Source of the DNA: Auanema rhodensis
Lineage: Eukaryota > Animalia > Nematoda
DNA: 64,000 nucleotides
Direction: 5' to 3'
NCBI GenBank assembly: GCA_964057225.1
Contig: OZ059897.1
Location: 19,468,001 to 19,532,000 of the forward strand
Below, one piece after another: positions 1 to 12,800 of the stretch. A program made the translations under genes and the position numbers. Numbering within the stretch: position 1 is the stretch's first letter; every line of letters begins with the position of its first letter. Under the pieces are notes generated by a model. That model saw nothing but the letters and a program-made list of their open reading frames with translations. It did no database searches and was not told the origin of the DNA.

Positions 1-41
1 AAAAATTAGTTATGATCGTTTGAAAAATGATGCATTAGTGT

Positions 42-69
42 ATGTTGAGTTTCCATGTACACTCAACAT
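42..69. other. Perfect 9-bp inverted repeat with 10-nt spacer (in essentially every monomer)
   Basis: atgttgagt (42-50), spacer ttccatgtac, actcaacat (61-69): the arms are exact reverse complements. Confidence 0.95.
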
Positions 70-219
70 TGCTTCCAAAAACATTTTGACAAAAATTTTT
101 TCGGAAAATTTCAAAATAATTTAGCAAAAAGTAAATGTTTTTAAATTCCTTTTTTCAAGGCAAAGACGATGGACAATGTTATTCAACGAAAAAATTAATT
201 CTTCAGGGTGAAAATCGAG

Positions 220-241
220 GATATAAGTGTGAACTTATATC
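220..241. other. Perfect 9-bp inverted repeat with 4-nt GTGA loop (in essentially every monomer)
   Basis: gatataagt (220-228), gtga, acttatatc (233-241). It overlaps a second dyad atatca-gt-tgatat (237-250). Confidence 0.95.
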
Positions 242-251
242 AGTTGATATC

Positions 252-318
252 TCGGTGCATTTTTAAGCTAGCGCAAATCTGATAACACAGATCGACGCAG
301 CTTAAAAATCCGCATCGA
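252..318. other. 67-nt imperfect long hairpin, about 26 paired positions (in essentially every monomer)
   Basis: tcggtgc(252-258)/gcatcga(312-318) with one G-T pair; atttttaagct(259-269)/agcttaaaaat(299-309) perfect 11 bp; gcg/cgc; atctg(277-281)/cagat(288-292); loop ataaca. Confidence 0.92.
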
Positions 319-433
319 ATGCACTATATTACATTGAGAAACACTTGATACAAAAATTAGTTATGATCGTTTGAAAAATGATGCATTAGTGTATGTTGAG
401 TTTCCATGTACACTCAACATTGCTTCCAAAAAC

Positions 434-468
434 ATTTTGACAAAAATTTTTTCGAAAAATTTCAAAAT
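434..468. other. Nested A/T-tract palindrome (shown in monomer 2, consensus form)
   Basis: attttga...tcaaaat arms enclose the overlapping palindromes aaaaattttt and tttttcgaaaaa. Confidence 0.8.
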
Positions 469-3400
469 AATTTAGCAAAAAGTAGATGTTTTTAGATTCC
501 TTTTTTCAAGGCAAAGACGATGGACAATGTTATTCAACGAGAAAATTAATTCTTCAGGGTGAAAATCGAGGATATAAGTGTGAACTTATATCAGTTGATA
601 TCTCGGTGCATTTTTAAGCTAGCGCAAATCTGATAACACAGATCGACGCAGCTTAAAAATCCGCATCGAATGCACTATACTACATTGAGAAAAGCTTAAT
701 ACAAAAATTAGTTATGATCGTTAGAAAAATGATGCATTAGTGTATGTTGAGTTTCCATGTACACTCAACATTGCTTCCAAAAACATTTTGACAAAAATTT
801 TTTCGAAAAATTTCAAAATAATTTACCAAAAAGTAGATGTTTTTAGATTCCATTTTTCAAGGCAAAGACGATAGACAATGTTATTCAACGAAAAAGTTAA
901 TTCTTCAGGGTGAAAATCGAGGATATAAGTGTGAACTTATATCAGTTGATATCTCGGTGCATTTTTAAGCTAGCGCAAATCTGATAACACAGATCGACGC
1001 AGCTTAAAAATCCGCATCGAATGCACTATATTACATTAAAAAACGCTTAATACAAAAATTAGTTATGATCGTTTGAAAAATGATGCATTAGTGTATGTTG
1101 AGTTTCCATGTACACTCAACATTGCTTCCAAAAACATTTTGACAAAAATTTTTTCGGAAAATTTCAAAATAATTTAGCAAAAAGTAAATGTTTTTAAATT
1201 CCTTTTTTCAAGGCAAAGACGATGGACAATGTTATTCAACGAAAAAATTAATTCTTCAGGGTTAAAATCGAGGATATAAGTGTGAACTTATATCAGTTGA
1301 TATCTCGGTGCATTTTTAAGCTAGCGCAAATCTGATAACACAGATCGACGCAGCTTAAAAATCCGCATCGAATGCACTATATTACATTGAGAAACACTTG
1401 ATACAAAAATTAGTTATGATCGTTTGAAAAATGATGCATTAGTGTATGTTGAGTTTCCATGTACACTCAACATTGCTTCCAAAAACATTTTGACAAAAAT
1501 TTTTTCGAAAAATTTCAAAATAATTTAGCAAATGTAGATGTTTTAAGATTCCATTTTTCAAGGCAAAGACGATGGACAATGTTATTCAACGAAAAAATTA
1601 ATTCTTCAGGGTGAAAATCGAGGATATAAGTGTGAACTTATATCAGTTGATATCTCGGTGCATTTTTAAGCTAGCGCAAATCTGATAACACAGATCGACG
1701 CAGCTTAAAAATCCGCATCGAATGCACTATACTACATTGAGAAAAGCTTAATACAAAAATTAGTTATGATCGTTTGAAAAATGATGCATTAGTGTATGTT
1801 GAGTTTCCATGTACACTCAACATTGCTTCCAAAAACATTTTGACAAAAATTTTTTCGAAAAATTTCAAAATAATTTAGCAAAAAGTAGATGTTTTTAGAT
1901 TCCATTTTTCAAGGCAAAGACGATGGACAATGTTATTCAACGAAAAAATTAATTCTTCAGGGTGAAAATCGAGGATATAAGTGTGAACTTATATCAGTTG
2001 ATATCTCGGTGCATTTTTAAGCTAGCGCAAATCTGATAACACAGATCGACGCAGCTTAAAAATCCGCATCGAATGCACTATATTACATTGAAAAACGCTT
2101 AATACAAAAATTAGTTATGATCGTTTGAAAAATGATGCATTAGTGTATGTTGAGTTTCCATGTACACTCAACATTGCTTCCAAAAACATTTTGACAAAAA
2201 TTTTTTCGGAAAATTTCAAAATAATTTAGCAAAAAGTAAATGTTTTTAAATTCCTTTTTTCAAGGCAAAGACGATGGACAATGTTATTCAACGAAAAAAT
2301 TAATTCTTCAGGGTTAAAATCGAGGATATAAGTGTGAACTTATATCAGTTGATATCTCGGTGCATTTTTAAGCTAGCGCAAATCTGATAACACAGATCGA
2401 CGCAGCTTAAAAATCCGCATCGAATGCACTATATTACATTGAGAAACACTTGATACAAAAATTAGTTATGATCGTTTGAAAAATGATGCATTAGTGTATG
2501 TTGAGTTTCCATGTACACTCAACATTGCTTCCAAAAACATTTTGACAAAAATTTTTTCGAAAAATTTCAAAATAATTTAGCAAAAAGTAGATGTTTTAAG
2601 ATTCCATTTTTCAAGGCAAAGACGATGGACAATGTTATTCAACGAAAAAATTAATTCTTCAGGGTGAAAATCGAGGATATAAGTGTGAACTTATATCAGT
2701 TGATATCTCGGTGCATTTTTAAGCTAGCGCAAATCTGATAACACAGATCGACGCAGCTTAAAAATCCGCATCGAATGCACTATACTACATTGAGAAAAGC
2801 TTAATACAAAAATTAGTTATGATCGTTTGAAAAATGATGCATTAGTGTATGTTGAGTTTCCATGTACACTCAACATTGCTTCCAAAAACATTTTGACAAA
2901 AATTTTTTCGAAAAATTTCAAAATAATTTAGCAAAAAGTAGATGTTTTTAGATTCCATTTTTCAAGGCAAAGACGATGGACAATGTTATTCAACGAAAAA
3001 ATTAATTCTTCAGGGTGAAAATCGAGGATATAAGTGTGAACTTATATCAGTTGATATCTCGGTGCATTTTTAAGCTAGCGCAAATCTAATAACACAGATC
3101 GACGCAGCTTAAAAATCCGCATCGAATGCACTATACTACATTGAAAAACGCTTAATACAAAAATTAGTTATGATCGTTTGAAAAATGATGCATTAGTGTA
3201 TGTTGAGTTTCCATGTACACTCAACATTGCTTCCAAAAACATTTTGACAAAAATTTTTTCGTAAAATTTCAAAATAATTTAGCGAAAAGTAGATGTTTTT
3301 AGATTCGATTTTTCAAGGCAAAGACGATGGACAATGTTATTCAACGAAAAAATTAATTCTTCAGGGTGAAAATCGAGGATATAAGTGTGAACTTATATCA

Positions 3401-3859
3401 GTTGATATCTCGGTGCATTTTTAAGCTAGCGCAAATCTGATAACACAGATCGACGCAGCTTAAAAATCCGCATCGAATGCACTATATTACATTGAAAAAC
3501 GCTTAATACAAAAATTAGTTATGATCGTTTGAAAAATGATGCATTAGTGTATGTTGAGTTTCCATGTACACTCAACATTGCTTCCAAAAACATTTTGACA
3601 AAAATTTTTTCGGAAAATTTCAAAATAATTTAGCAAAAAGTAAATGTTTTTAAATTCCTTTTTTCAAGGCAAAGACGATGGACAATGTTATTCAACGAAA
3701 AAATTAATTCTTCAGGGTTAAAATCGAGGATATAAGTGTGAACTTATATCAGTTGATATCTCGGTGCATTTTTAAGCTAGCGCAAATCTGATAACACAGA
3801 TCGACGCAGCTTAAAAATCCGCATCGAATGCACTATATTACATTGAGAAACACTTGATA

Positions 3860-6800
3860 CAAAAATTAGTTATGATCGTTTGAAAAATGATGCATTAGTG
3901 TATGTTGAGTTTCCATGTACACTCAACATTGCTTCCAAAAACATTTTGACAAAAATTTTTTCGAAAAATTTCAAAATAATTTAGCAAAAAGTAGATGTTT
4001 TAAGATTCCATTTTTCAAGGCAAAGACGATGGACAATGTTATTCAACGAAAAAATTAATTCTTCAGGGTGAAAATCGAGGATATAAGTGTGAACTTATAT
4101 CAGTTGATATCTCGGTGCATTTTTAAGCTAGCGCAAATCTGATAACACAGATCGACGCAGCTTAAAAATCCGCATCGAATGCACTATACTACATTGAGAA
4201 AAGCTTAATACAAAAATTAGTTATGATCGTTTGAAAAATGATGCATTAGTGTATGTTGAGTTTCCATGTACACTCAACATTGCTTCCAAAAACATTTTGA
4301 CAAAAATTTTTTCGAAAAATTTCAAAATAATTTAGCAAAAAGTAGATGTTTTTAGATTCCATTTTTTAAGGCAAAGACGATGGACAATGTTATTCAACGA
4401 AAAAATTAATTCTTCAGGGTGAAAATCGAGGATATAAGTGTGAACTTATATCAGTTGATATCTCGGTGCATTTTTAAGCTAGCGCAAATCTGATAACACA
4501 GATCGACGCAGCTTAAAAATCCGCATCGAATGCACTATACTACATTGAGAAAAGCTTAATACAAAAATTAGTTATGATCGTTTGAAAAATGATGCATTAG
4601 TGTATGTTGAGTTTCCATGTACACTCAACATTGCTTCCAAAAACATTTTGACAAAAATTTTTTCGAAAAATTTCAAAATAATTTAGCAAAAAGTAGATGT
4701 TTTTAGATTCCATTTTTCAAGGCAAAGACGATGGACAATGTTATTCAACGAAAAAATTATTTCTTCAGGGTGAAAATCGAGGATATAAGTGTGAACTTAT
4801 ATCAGTTGATATCTCGGTGCATTTTTAAGCTAGCGCAAATCTGATAACACAGATCGACGCAGCTTAAAAATCCGCATCGAATGCACTATACTACATTGAG
4901 AAAAGCTTAATACAAAAATTAGTTATGATCGTTTGAAAAATGATGCATTAGTGTATGTTGAGTTTCCATGTACACTCAACATTGCTTCCAAAAACATTTT
5001 GACAAAAATTTTTTCGAAAAATTTCAAAATAATTTAGCAAAAAGTAGATGTTTTTAGATTCCATTTTCCAAGGCAAAGACGATGGACAATGTTATTCAAC
5101 GAAAAAATTATTTCTTCAGGGTGAAAATCGAGGATATAAGTGTGAACTTATATCAGTTGATATCTCGGTGCATTTTTAAGCTAGCGCAAATCTGATAACA
5201 CAGATCGACGCAGCTTAAAAATCCGCATCGAATGCACTATACTACATTGAGAAAAGCTTAATACAAAAATTAGTTATGATCGTTTGAAAAATGATGCATT
5301 AGTGTATGTTGAGTTTCCATGTACACTCAACATTGCTTCCAAAAACATTTTGACAAAAATTTTTTCGAAAAATTTCAAAATAATTTAGCAAAAAGTAGAT
5401 GTTTTTAGATTCCATTTTTCAAGGCAAAGACGATGGACAATGTTATTCAACGAAAAAATTAATTCTTCAGGGTGAAAATCGAGGATATAAGTGTGAACTT
5501 ATATCAGTTGATATCTCGGTGCATTTTTAAGCTAGCGCAAATCTGATAACACAGATCGACGCAGCTTAAAAATCCGCATCGAATGCACTATACTACATTG
5601 AGAAAAGCTTAATACAAAAATTAGTTATGATCGTTTGAAAAATGATGCATTAGTGTATGTTGAGTTTCCATGTACACTCAACATTGCTTCCAAAAACATT
5701 TTGACAAAAATTTTTTCGAAAAATTTCAAAATAATTTAGCAAAAAGTAGATGTTTTTAGATTCCATTTTTCAAAGCAAAGACGATGGACAATGTTATTCA
5801 ACGAAAAAATTAATTCTTCAGGGTGAAAATCGAGGATATAAGTGTGAACTTATATCAGTTGATATCTCGGTGCATTTTTAAGCTAGCGCAAATCTGATAA
5901 CACAGATCGACGCAGCTTAAAAATCCGCATCGAATGCACTATACTACATTGAAAAACGCTTAATACAAAAATTAGTTATGATCGTTTGAAAAATGATGCA
6001 TTAGTGTATGTTGAGTTTCCATGTACACTCAACATTGCTTCCAAAAACATTTTGACAAAAATTTTTTCGAAAAATTTCAAAATAATTTAGCGAAAAGTAG
6101 ATGTTTTTAGATTCGATTTTTCAAGGCAAAGACGATGGACAATGTTATTCAACGAAAAAATTAATTCTTCAGGGTGAAAATCGAGGATATAAGTGTGAAC
6201 TTATATCAGTTGATATCTCGGTGCATTTTTAAGCTAGCGCAAATCTGATAACACAGATCGACGCAGCTTAAAAATCCGCATCGAATGCACTATACTACAT
6301 TGAGAAAAGCTTAATACAAAAATTAGTTATGATCGTTTGAAAAATGATGCATTAGTGTATGTTGAGTTTCCATGTACACTCAACATTGCTTCCAAAAACA
6401 TTTTGACAAAAATTTTTTCGAAAAATTTCAAAATAATTTAGCAAAAAGTAGATGTTTTTAGATTCCATTTTTCAAGGCAAAGACGATGGACAATGTTATT
6501 CAACGAAAAAATTAATTCTTCAGGGTGAAAATCGAGGATATAAGTGTGAACTTATATCAGTTGATATCTCGGTGCATTTTTAAGCTAGCGCAAATCTGAT
6601 AACACAGATCGACGCAGCTTAAAAATCCGCATCGAATGCACTATACTACATTGAAAAACGCTTAATACAAAAATTAGTTATGATCGTTTGAAAAATGATG
6701 CATTAGTGTATGTTGAGTTTCCATGTACACTCAACATTGCTTCCAAAAACATTTTGACAAAAATTTTTTCGAAAAATTTCAAAATAATTTAGCGAAAAGT

Positions 6801-9800
6801 AGATGTTTTTAGATTCGATTTTTCAAGGCAAAGACGATGGACAATGTTATTCAACGAAAAAATTAATTCTTCAGGGTGAAAATCGAGGATATAAGTGTGA
6901 ACTTATATCAGTTGATATCTCGGTGCATTTTTAAGCTAGCGCAAATCTGATAACACAGATCGACGCAGCTTAAAAATCCGCATCGAATGCACTATACTAC
7001 ATTGAAAAACGCTTAATACAAAAATTAGTTATGATCGTTTGAAAAATGATGCATTAGTGTATGTTGAGTTTCCATGTACACTCAACATTGCTTCCAAAAA
7101 CATTTTGACAAAAATTTTTTCGAAAAATTTCAAAATAATTTAGCGAAAAGTAGATGTTTTTAGATTCGATTTTTTAAGGCAAAGACGATGGACAATGTTA
7201 TTCAACGAAAAAATTAATTCTTCAGGGTGAAAATCGAGGATATAAGTGTGAACTTATATCAGTTGATATCTCGGTGCATTTTTAAGCTAGCGCAAATCTG
7301 ATAACACAGATCGACGCAGCTTAAAAATCCGCATTGAATGCACTATACTACATTGAGAAAAGCTTAATACAAAAATTAGTTATGATCGTTTGAAAAATGA
7401 TGCATTAGTGTATGTTGAGTTTCCATGTACACTCAACATTGCTTCCAAAAACATTTTGACAAAAATTTTTTCGAAAAATTTCAAAATAATTTAGCAAAAA
7501 GTAGATGTTTTTAGATTCCTTTTTTCAAGGCAAAGACGATGGACAATGTTATTCAACGAAAAAATTATTTCTTCAGGGTGAGAATCGAGGATATAAGTGT
7601 GAACTTATATCAGTTGATATCTCGGTGCATTTTTAAGCTAGCGCAAATCTGATAACACAGATCGACGCAGCTTAAAAATCCGCATCGAATGCACTATACT
7701 ACATTGAAAAACGCTTGATACAAAAATTAGTTATGATCGTTTGAAAAATGATGCATTAGTGTATGTTGAGTTTCCATGTATACTCAACATTGCTTCCAAA
7801 AACATTTTGACAAAAATTTTTTCGAAAAATTTCAAAATAATTTAGCGAAAAGTAGATGTTTTTAGATTCGATTTTTCAAGGCAAAGACGATGGACAATGT
7901 TATTCAACGAAAAAATTAATTCTTCAGGGTGAAAATCGAGGATATAAGTGTGAACTTATATCAGTTGATATCTCGGTGCATTTTTAAGCTAGCGCAAATC
8001 TGATAACACAGATCGACGCAGCTTAAAAATCCGCATCGAATGCACTATATTACATTGAAAAACGCTTAATACAAAAATTAGTTATGATCGTTTGAAAAAT
8101 GATGCATTAGTGTATGTTGAGTTTCCATGTACACTCAACATTGCTTCCAAAAACATTTTGACAAAAATTTTTTCGGAAAATTTCAAAATAATTTAGCAAA
8201 AAGTAAATGTTTTTAAATTCCTTTTTTCAAGGCAAAGACGATGGACAATGTTATTCAACGAAAAAATTAATTCTTCAGGGTTAAAATCGAGGATATAAGT
8301 GTGAACTTATATCAGTTGATATCTCGGTGCATTTTTAAGCTAGCGCAAATCTGATAACACAGATCGACGCAGCTTAAAAATCCGCATCGAATGCACTATA
8401 TTACATTGAAAAACGCTTAATACAAAAATTAGTTATGATCGTTTGAAAAATGATGCATTAGTGTATGTTGAGTTTCCATGTACACTCAACATTGCTTCCA
8501 AAAACATTTTGACAAAAATTTTTTCGGAAAATTTCAAAATAATTTAGCAAAAAGTAAATGTTTTTAAATTCCTTTTTTCAAGGCAAAGACGATGGACAAT
8601 GTTATTCAACGAAAAAATTAATTCTTCAGGGTTAAAATCGAGGATATAAGTGTGAACTTATATCAGTTGATATCTCGGTGCATTTTTAAGCTAGCGCAAA
8701 TCTGATAACAAAGATCGACGCAGCTTAAAAATCCGCATCGAATGCACTATATTACATTGAGAAACACTTGATACAAAAATTAGTTATGATCGTTTGAAAA
8801 ATGATGCATTAGTGTATGTTGAGTTTCCATGTACACTCAACATTGCTTCCAAAAACATTTTGACAAAAATTTTTTCGAAAAATTTCAAAATAATTTAGCA
8901 AAAAGTAGATGTTTTAAGATTCCATTTTTCAAGGCAAAGACGATGGACAATGTTATTCAACGAAAAAATTAATTCTTCAGGGTGAAAATCGAGGATATAA
9001 GTGTGAACTTATATCAGTTGATATCTCGGTGCATTTTTAAGCTAGCGCAAATCTGATAACACAGATCGACGCAGCTTAAAAATCCGCATCGAATGCACTA
9101 TATTACATTAAAAAACGCTTAATACAAAAATTAGTTATGATCGTTTGAAAAATGATGCATTAGTGTATGTTGAGTTTCCATGTACACTCAACATTGCTTC
9201 CAAAAACATTTTGACAAAAATTTTTTCGGAAAATTTCAAAATAATTTAGCAAAAAGTAAATGTTTTTAAATTCCTTTTTTCAAGGCAAAGACGATGGACA
9301 ATGTTATTCAACGAAAAAATTAATTCTTCAGGGTTAAAATCGAGGATATAAGTGTGAACTTATATCAGTTGATATCTCGGTGCATTTTTAAGCTAGCGCA
9401 AATCTGATAACACAGATCGACGCAGCTTAAAAATCCGCATCGAATGCACTATATTACATTGAAAAACGCTTAATACAAAAATTAGTTATGATCGTTTGAA
9501 AAATGATGCATTAGTGTATGTTGAGTTTCCATGTACACTCAACATTGCTTCCAAAAACATTTTGACAAAAATTTTTTCGGAAAATTTCAAAATAATTTAG
9601 CAAAAAGTAAATGTTTTTAAATTCCTTTTTTCAAGGCAAAGACAATGGACAATGTTATTCAACGAAAAAATTAATTCTTCAGGGTTAAAATCGAGGATAT
9701 AAGTGTGAACTTATATCAGTTGATATCTCGGTGCATTTTTAAGCTAGCGCAAATCTGATAACAAAGATCGACGCAGCTTAAAAATCCGCATCGAATGCAC

Positions 9801-12800
9801 TATATTACATTGAGAAACACTTGATACAAAAATTAGTTATGATCGTTTGAAAAATGATGCATTAGTGTATGTTGAGTTTCCATGTACACTCAACATTGCT
9901 TCCAAAAACATTTTGACAAAAATTTTTTCGGAAAATTTCAAAATAATTTAGCAAAAAGTAAATGTTTTTAAATTCCTTTTTTCAAGGCAAAGACGATGGA
10001 CAATGTTATTCAACGAAAAAATTAATTCTTCAGGGTTAAAATCGAGGATATAAGTGTGAACTTATATCAGTTGATATCTCGGTGCATTTTTAAGCTAGCG
10101 CAAATCTGATAACACAGATCGACGCAGCTTAAAAATCCGCATCGAATGCACTATATTACATTGAAAAACGCTTAATACAAAAATTAGTTATGATCGTTTG
10201 AAAAATGATGCATTAGTGTATGTTGAGTTTCCATGTACACTCAACATTGCTTCCAAAAACATTTTGACAAAAATTTTTTCGGAAAATTTCAAAATAATTT
10301 AGCAAAAAGTAAATGTTTTTAAATTCCTTTTTTCAAGGCAAAGACGATGGACAATGTTATTCAACGAAAAAATTAATTCTTCAGGGTTAAAATCGAGGAT
10401 ATAAGTGTGAACTTATATCAGTTGATATCTCGGTGCATTTTTAAGCTAGCGCAAATCTGATAACAAAGATCGACGCAGCTTAAAAATCCGCATCGAATGC
10501 ACTATATTACATTGAGAAACACTTGATACAAAAATTAGTTATGATCGTTTGAAAAATGATGCATTAGTGTATGTTGAGTTTCCATGTACACTCAACATTG
10601 CTTCCAAAAACATTTTGACAAAAATTTTTTCGAAAAATTTCAAAATAATTTAGCAAAAAGTAGATGTTTTAAGATTCCATTTTTCAAGGCAAAGACGATG
10701 GACAATGTTATTCAACGAAAAAATTAATTCTTCAGGGTGAAAATCGAGGATATAAGTGTGAACTTATATCAGTTGATATCTCGGTGCATTTTTAAGCTAG
10801 CGCAAATCTGATAACACAGATCGACGCAGCTTAAAAATCCGCATCGAATGCACTATACTACATTGAGAAAAGCTTAATACAAAAATTAGTTATGATCGTT
10901 TGAAAAATGATGCATTAGTGTATGTTGAGTTTCCATGTACACTCAACATTGCTTCCAAAAACATTTTGACAAAAATTTTTTCGGAAAATTTCAAAATAAT
11001 TTAGCAAAAAGTAAATGTTTTTAAATTCCTTTTTTCAAGGCAAAGACGATGGACAATGTTATTCAACGAAAAAATTAATTCTTCAGGGTTAAAATCGAGG
11101 ATATAAGTGTGAACTTATATCAGTTGATATCTCGGTGCATTTTTAAGCTAGCGCAAATCTGATAACAAAGATCGACGCAGCTTAAAAATCCGCATCGAAT
11201 GCACTATATTACATTGAGAAACACTTGATACAAAAATTAGTTATGATCGTTTGAAAAATGATGCATTAGTGTATGTTGAGTTTCCATGTACACTCAACAT
11301 TGCTTCCAAAAACATTTTGACAAAAATTTTTTCGAAAAATTTCAAAATAATTTAGCAAAAAGTAGATGTTTTAAGATTCCATTTTTCAAGGCAAAGACGA
11401 TGGACAATGTTATTCAACGAAAAAATTAATTCTTCAGGGTGAAAATCGAGGATATAAGTGTGAACTTATATCAGTTGATATCTCGGTGCATTTTTAAGCT
11501 AGCGCAAATCTGATAACACAGATCGACGCAGCTTAAAAATCCGCATCGAATGCACTATACTACATTGAGAAAAGCTTAATACAAAAATTAGTTATGATCG
11601 TTTGAAAAATGATGCATTAGTGTATGTTGAGTTTCCATGTACACTCAACATTGCTTCCAAAAACATTTTGACAAAAATTTTTTCGAAAAATTTCAAAATA
11701 ATTTAGCAAAAAGTAGATGTTTTTAGATTCCATTTTTTAAGGCAAAGACGATGGACAATGTTATTCAACGAAAAAATTAATTCTTCAGGGTGAAAATCGA
11801 GGATATAAGTGTGAACTTATATCAGTTGATATCTCGGTGCATTTTTAAGCTAGCGCAAATCTGATAACACAGATCGACGCAGCTTAAAAATCCGCATCGA
11901 ATGCACTATACTACATTGAGAAAAGCTTAATACAAAAATTAGTTATGATCGTTTGAAAAATGATGCATTAGTGTATGTTGAGTTTCCATGTACACTCAAC
12001 ATTGCTTCCAAAAACATTTTGACAAAAATTTTTTCGAAAAATTTCAAAATAATTTAGCAAAAAGTAGATGTTTTTAGATTCCATTTTTGAAGGCAAAGAC
12101 GATGGACAATGTTATTCAACGAAAAAATTATTTCTTCAGGGTGAAAATCGAGGATATAAGTGTGAACTTATATCAGTTGATATCTCGGTGCATTTTTAAG
12201 CTAGCGCAAATCTGATAACACAGATCGACGCAGCTTAAAAATCCGCATCGAATGCACTATACTACATTGAGAAAAGCTTAATACAAAAATTAGTTATGAT
12301 CGTTTGAAAAATGATGCATTAGTGTATGTTGAGTTTCCATGTACACTCAACATTGCTTCCAAAAACATTTTGACAAAAATTTTTTCGAAAAATTTCAAAA
12401 TAATTTAGCAAAAAGTAGATGTTTTTAGATTCCATTTTCCAAGGCAAAGACGATGGACAATGTTATTCAACGAAAAAATTATTTCTTCAGGGTGAAAATC
12501 GAGGATATAAGTGTGAACTTATATCAGTTGATATCTCGGTGCATTTTTAAGCTAGCGCAAATCTGATAACACAGATCGACGCAGCTTAAAAATCCGCATC
12601 GAATGCACTATACTACATTGAGAAAAGCTTAATACAAAAATTAGTTATGATCGTTTGAAAAATGATGCATTAGTGTATGTTGAGTTTCCATGTACACTCA
12701 ACATTGCTTCCAAAAACATTTTGACAAAAATTTTTTCGAAAAATTTCAAAATAATTTAGCAAAAAGTAGATGTTTTAAGATTCCATTTTTCAAGGCAAAG

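Larger units (their letters stand above)
1..351. repeat. Reference monomer (arbitrary phase)
   Basis: About 31% GC, 11 CpG, many A/T tracts. Restriction sites: NsiI (30-35), BsrGI (56-61), EcoRV (246-251), NheI (267-272). A HindIII site near 341-346 is polymorphic among copies. Confidence 0.98.

Noticed and set aside
220-264. Rho-independent terminator or bacterial promoter motifs (for example ttgaca at 86-91)
   Set aside because: The stem is A/T-rich with no adjacent U-tract, there are no genes, and such motifs are expected by chance in A/T-rich DNA.
150-285. Satellite-encoded hammerhead ribozyme
   Set aside because: The - strand has CUGAAGA (200-206) and a downstream GAAA, but I could not form stems I or II. 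The + strand CUGAUAA (279-285) lacks the conserved G8. An Infernal search would settle it.
1-351. Tandem 5S rRNA, tRNA, snRNA or spliced-leader RNA genes
   Set aside because: No recognisable 5S, cloverleaf, snRNA or known spliced-leader sequence, and no gene-versus-spacer contrast.
1-351. MITE or Helitron-derived unit
   Set aside because: Internal hairpins are compatible with a transposon origin, but no terminal inverted repeats, target-site duplications or termini can be defined inside the array.
704-874. 124C variant removes the frame-2 stop codon
   Set aside because: The linked 171A variant creates a new TAG shortly after and further stops follow, so no meaningful ORF results.
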